Shown here: positions 62,700 through 64,000 of the stretch, in pieces
Layout of the letters: every line of letters starts with the position of its first letter
Position numbering within the stretch: the stretch's first letter is position 1
Source: Phoronis australis
Taxonomy: Eukaryota > Animalia > Phoronida
Length of the DNA stretch: 64,000 nucleotides
Direction: 5' to 3'
NCBI GenBank assembly: GCA_002633005.1
Contig: NMRA01000162.1
Coordinates: 186,602 to 250,601, forward strand
The notes under the pieces: model-generated
What the model was told of the DNA's origin: nothing
Seen by the model: only the letters and a program-made list of their open reading frames with translations
The model's database searches: none
Program-made: the position numbers and the translations under genes

Positions 62700-63545
62700 G
62701 ACCATTTAACCTATTGCTAGGACTTTGAGTGACGGCTTAAGTGACCAATCAGAACTTGGCATTCTTGAAACACCATCGTTTCCAAGCCGTCATTTTACCC
62801 GACAAAACACGGTGCCGGGTAAAACTTATTGTTTGTTTGTCGACATTTCGCAACGGGGCGGAACTTGCAGTTGGTCAATTGTAGGTTAGATGGCTGAAAC
62901 TTCCTTTTTTGTACATTAAGCGATGGATCTGCAGGCTCCTGCTTCTTCAGCTGCATAAAACTGCTTGCAGAATGGCCACCTTTGGGAATTCGCAAAGGCA
63001 TTTACTTTCATGAAATCTTTCTCATAATATTTGATTCTTACTTTGATGGGATTCTACGTCTGTTACCAACTCAGACAATGCACATATATGCTATTTTCAA
63101 ATTTTGGGGTTGACCAACTTCAATGAACTGAACCATTTTGTTGAGTCGCCGATGGTGTTGATGTTTTTTATAAATTAAATACTGTTGTATGGCAAACAAT
63201 ACAGATTTGTTTTTGTAGCCAGTTAAAACAGGAGCTGCTTTAAAAGATGCTAATGGATAATGTGTAAATTAACTTGGGGATGAGGGCTGTTCTTTGCAAA
63301 AAATTCCTCGCTGAATCTTATTTCAATTGTCTGTCGGGTTGCCGCAACTATCGGCCATTCCGAAATTGACCTATCACAAGCTCCAGCCCCTTGCAAAAAG
63401 TCAACAAAAAACAAGTTTTACCCAACAACATGTTGTTTGTTGGGTAAAATGGTGACTTGGAAACGTAGGCGTGTCAAGAATGCTGCGTTCTGATTGGTCA
63501 GTTAAGCCATCACTAAATCCATGGTGATAGGTCAGTTGTCAGTAA
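62700..63545. mobile_element. Old fold-back DNA element with ~190-bp TIRs
   Basis: tgaccaatcagaac...cattcttga.acac...cgtttccaag...cattttaccc is mirrored at ~63440-63500; arms ~62700-62890 and ~63355-63545. Confidence 0.75.
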
Positions 63546-64000
63546 TGCACTGCTTAGCTTGAGTCAGTCGGTGCGTGTATCGACTGGTCTTTGTGCTATG
63601 GCTTAGTATTAGGCATTGCATTGCAACTAACTGGAAGGTGATGAAGTCCAATGTTGTTGGTACTGAGGGGCACAAATGTCGCACTACATGCATGGCTTGT
63701 TGCCCTCTAGATCTAATAACCAGAAAAACTTGTTTTTACATTATCCTTATGTGTACCTTCTGGGTCTGGATAGGTGAAACTTGTTTTGTTTAAGAATACC
63801 CAGTCATCCTTTGAATTCCTAAATCTCCTTGTTTTCTGCTGATCTACATCTGTTCAAAACATTTCATTTGAAAGCGTGCAGTTTGCATTTCTTTGGGAAC
63901 CTGCGTACGACTTCTCGACCAAATTTCTTCTTATAGTCAATTTAGTTTAAACATTTGGAGTCAACAAGGAAGGTATAGGTCAGGCGTAATTGTGAAAATT

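Overview
Eukaryotic genomic DNA, AT-rich and resembling an invertebrate metazoan, with one 260-N gap (17343-17602). I saw no prokaryotic features (operons, CRISPR, rRNA). Gene models were assembled by hand from GT-AG sites and phase matching. (1) A complete 7-coding-exon tetraspanin of the TSPAN4/9/CD53 type (+, 7430-15768, 242 aa), with a possible upstream coding exon at 1466-1551. (2) A 12-exon, ~1320-aa Sec14/CRAL-TRIO + spectrin-repeat protein (+, 25359-38001) resembling the PLEKHG4/ARHGEF40/MCF2L/SESTD1 group, with no visible DH-PH module and a long disordered tail containing perfect in-frame tandem repeats. (3) A convergent minus-strand gene with a 2.3-kb Ser/Lys/Arg-rich exon (43736-46028) and a last exon at 42261-42350, function unknown. 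(4) A chain of minus-strand exon-like fragments with stops and a broken acceptor at 47-55.6 kb, probably decayed gene(s). (5) A possible first exon of another gene at 59709. Introns and intergenic DNA carry many non-autonomous DNA transposons (hairpin MITEs, TTAA-, TA- and CAG-flanked elements, a fold-back element with a 10-bp TSD), a BEL/Pao retrotransposon relic, a 5'-truncated CR1/L2-group LINE and a tRNA-like SINE head. Family assignments come from remembered motifs; no database search was run.
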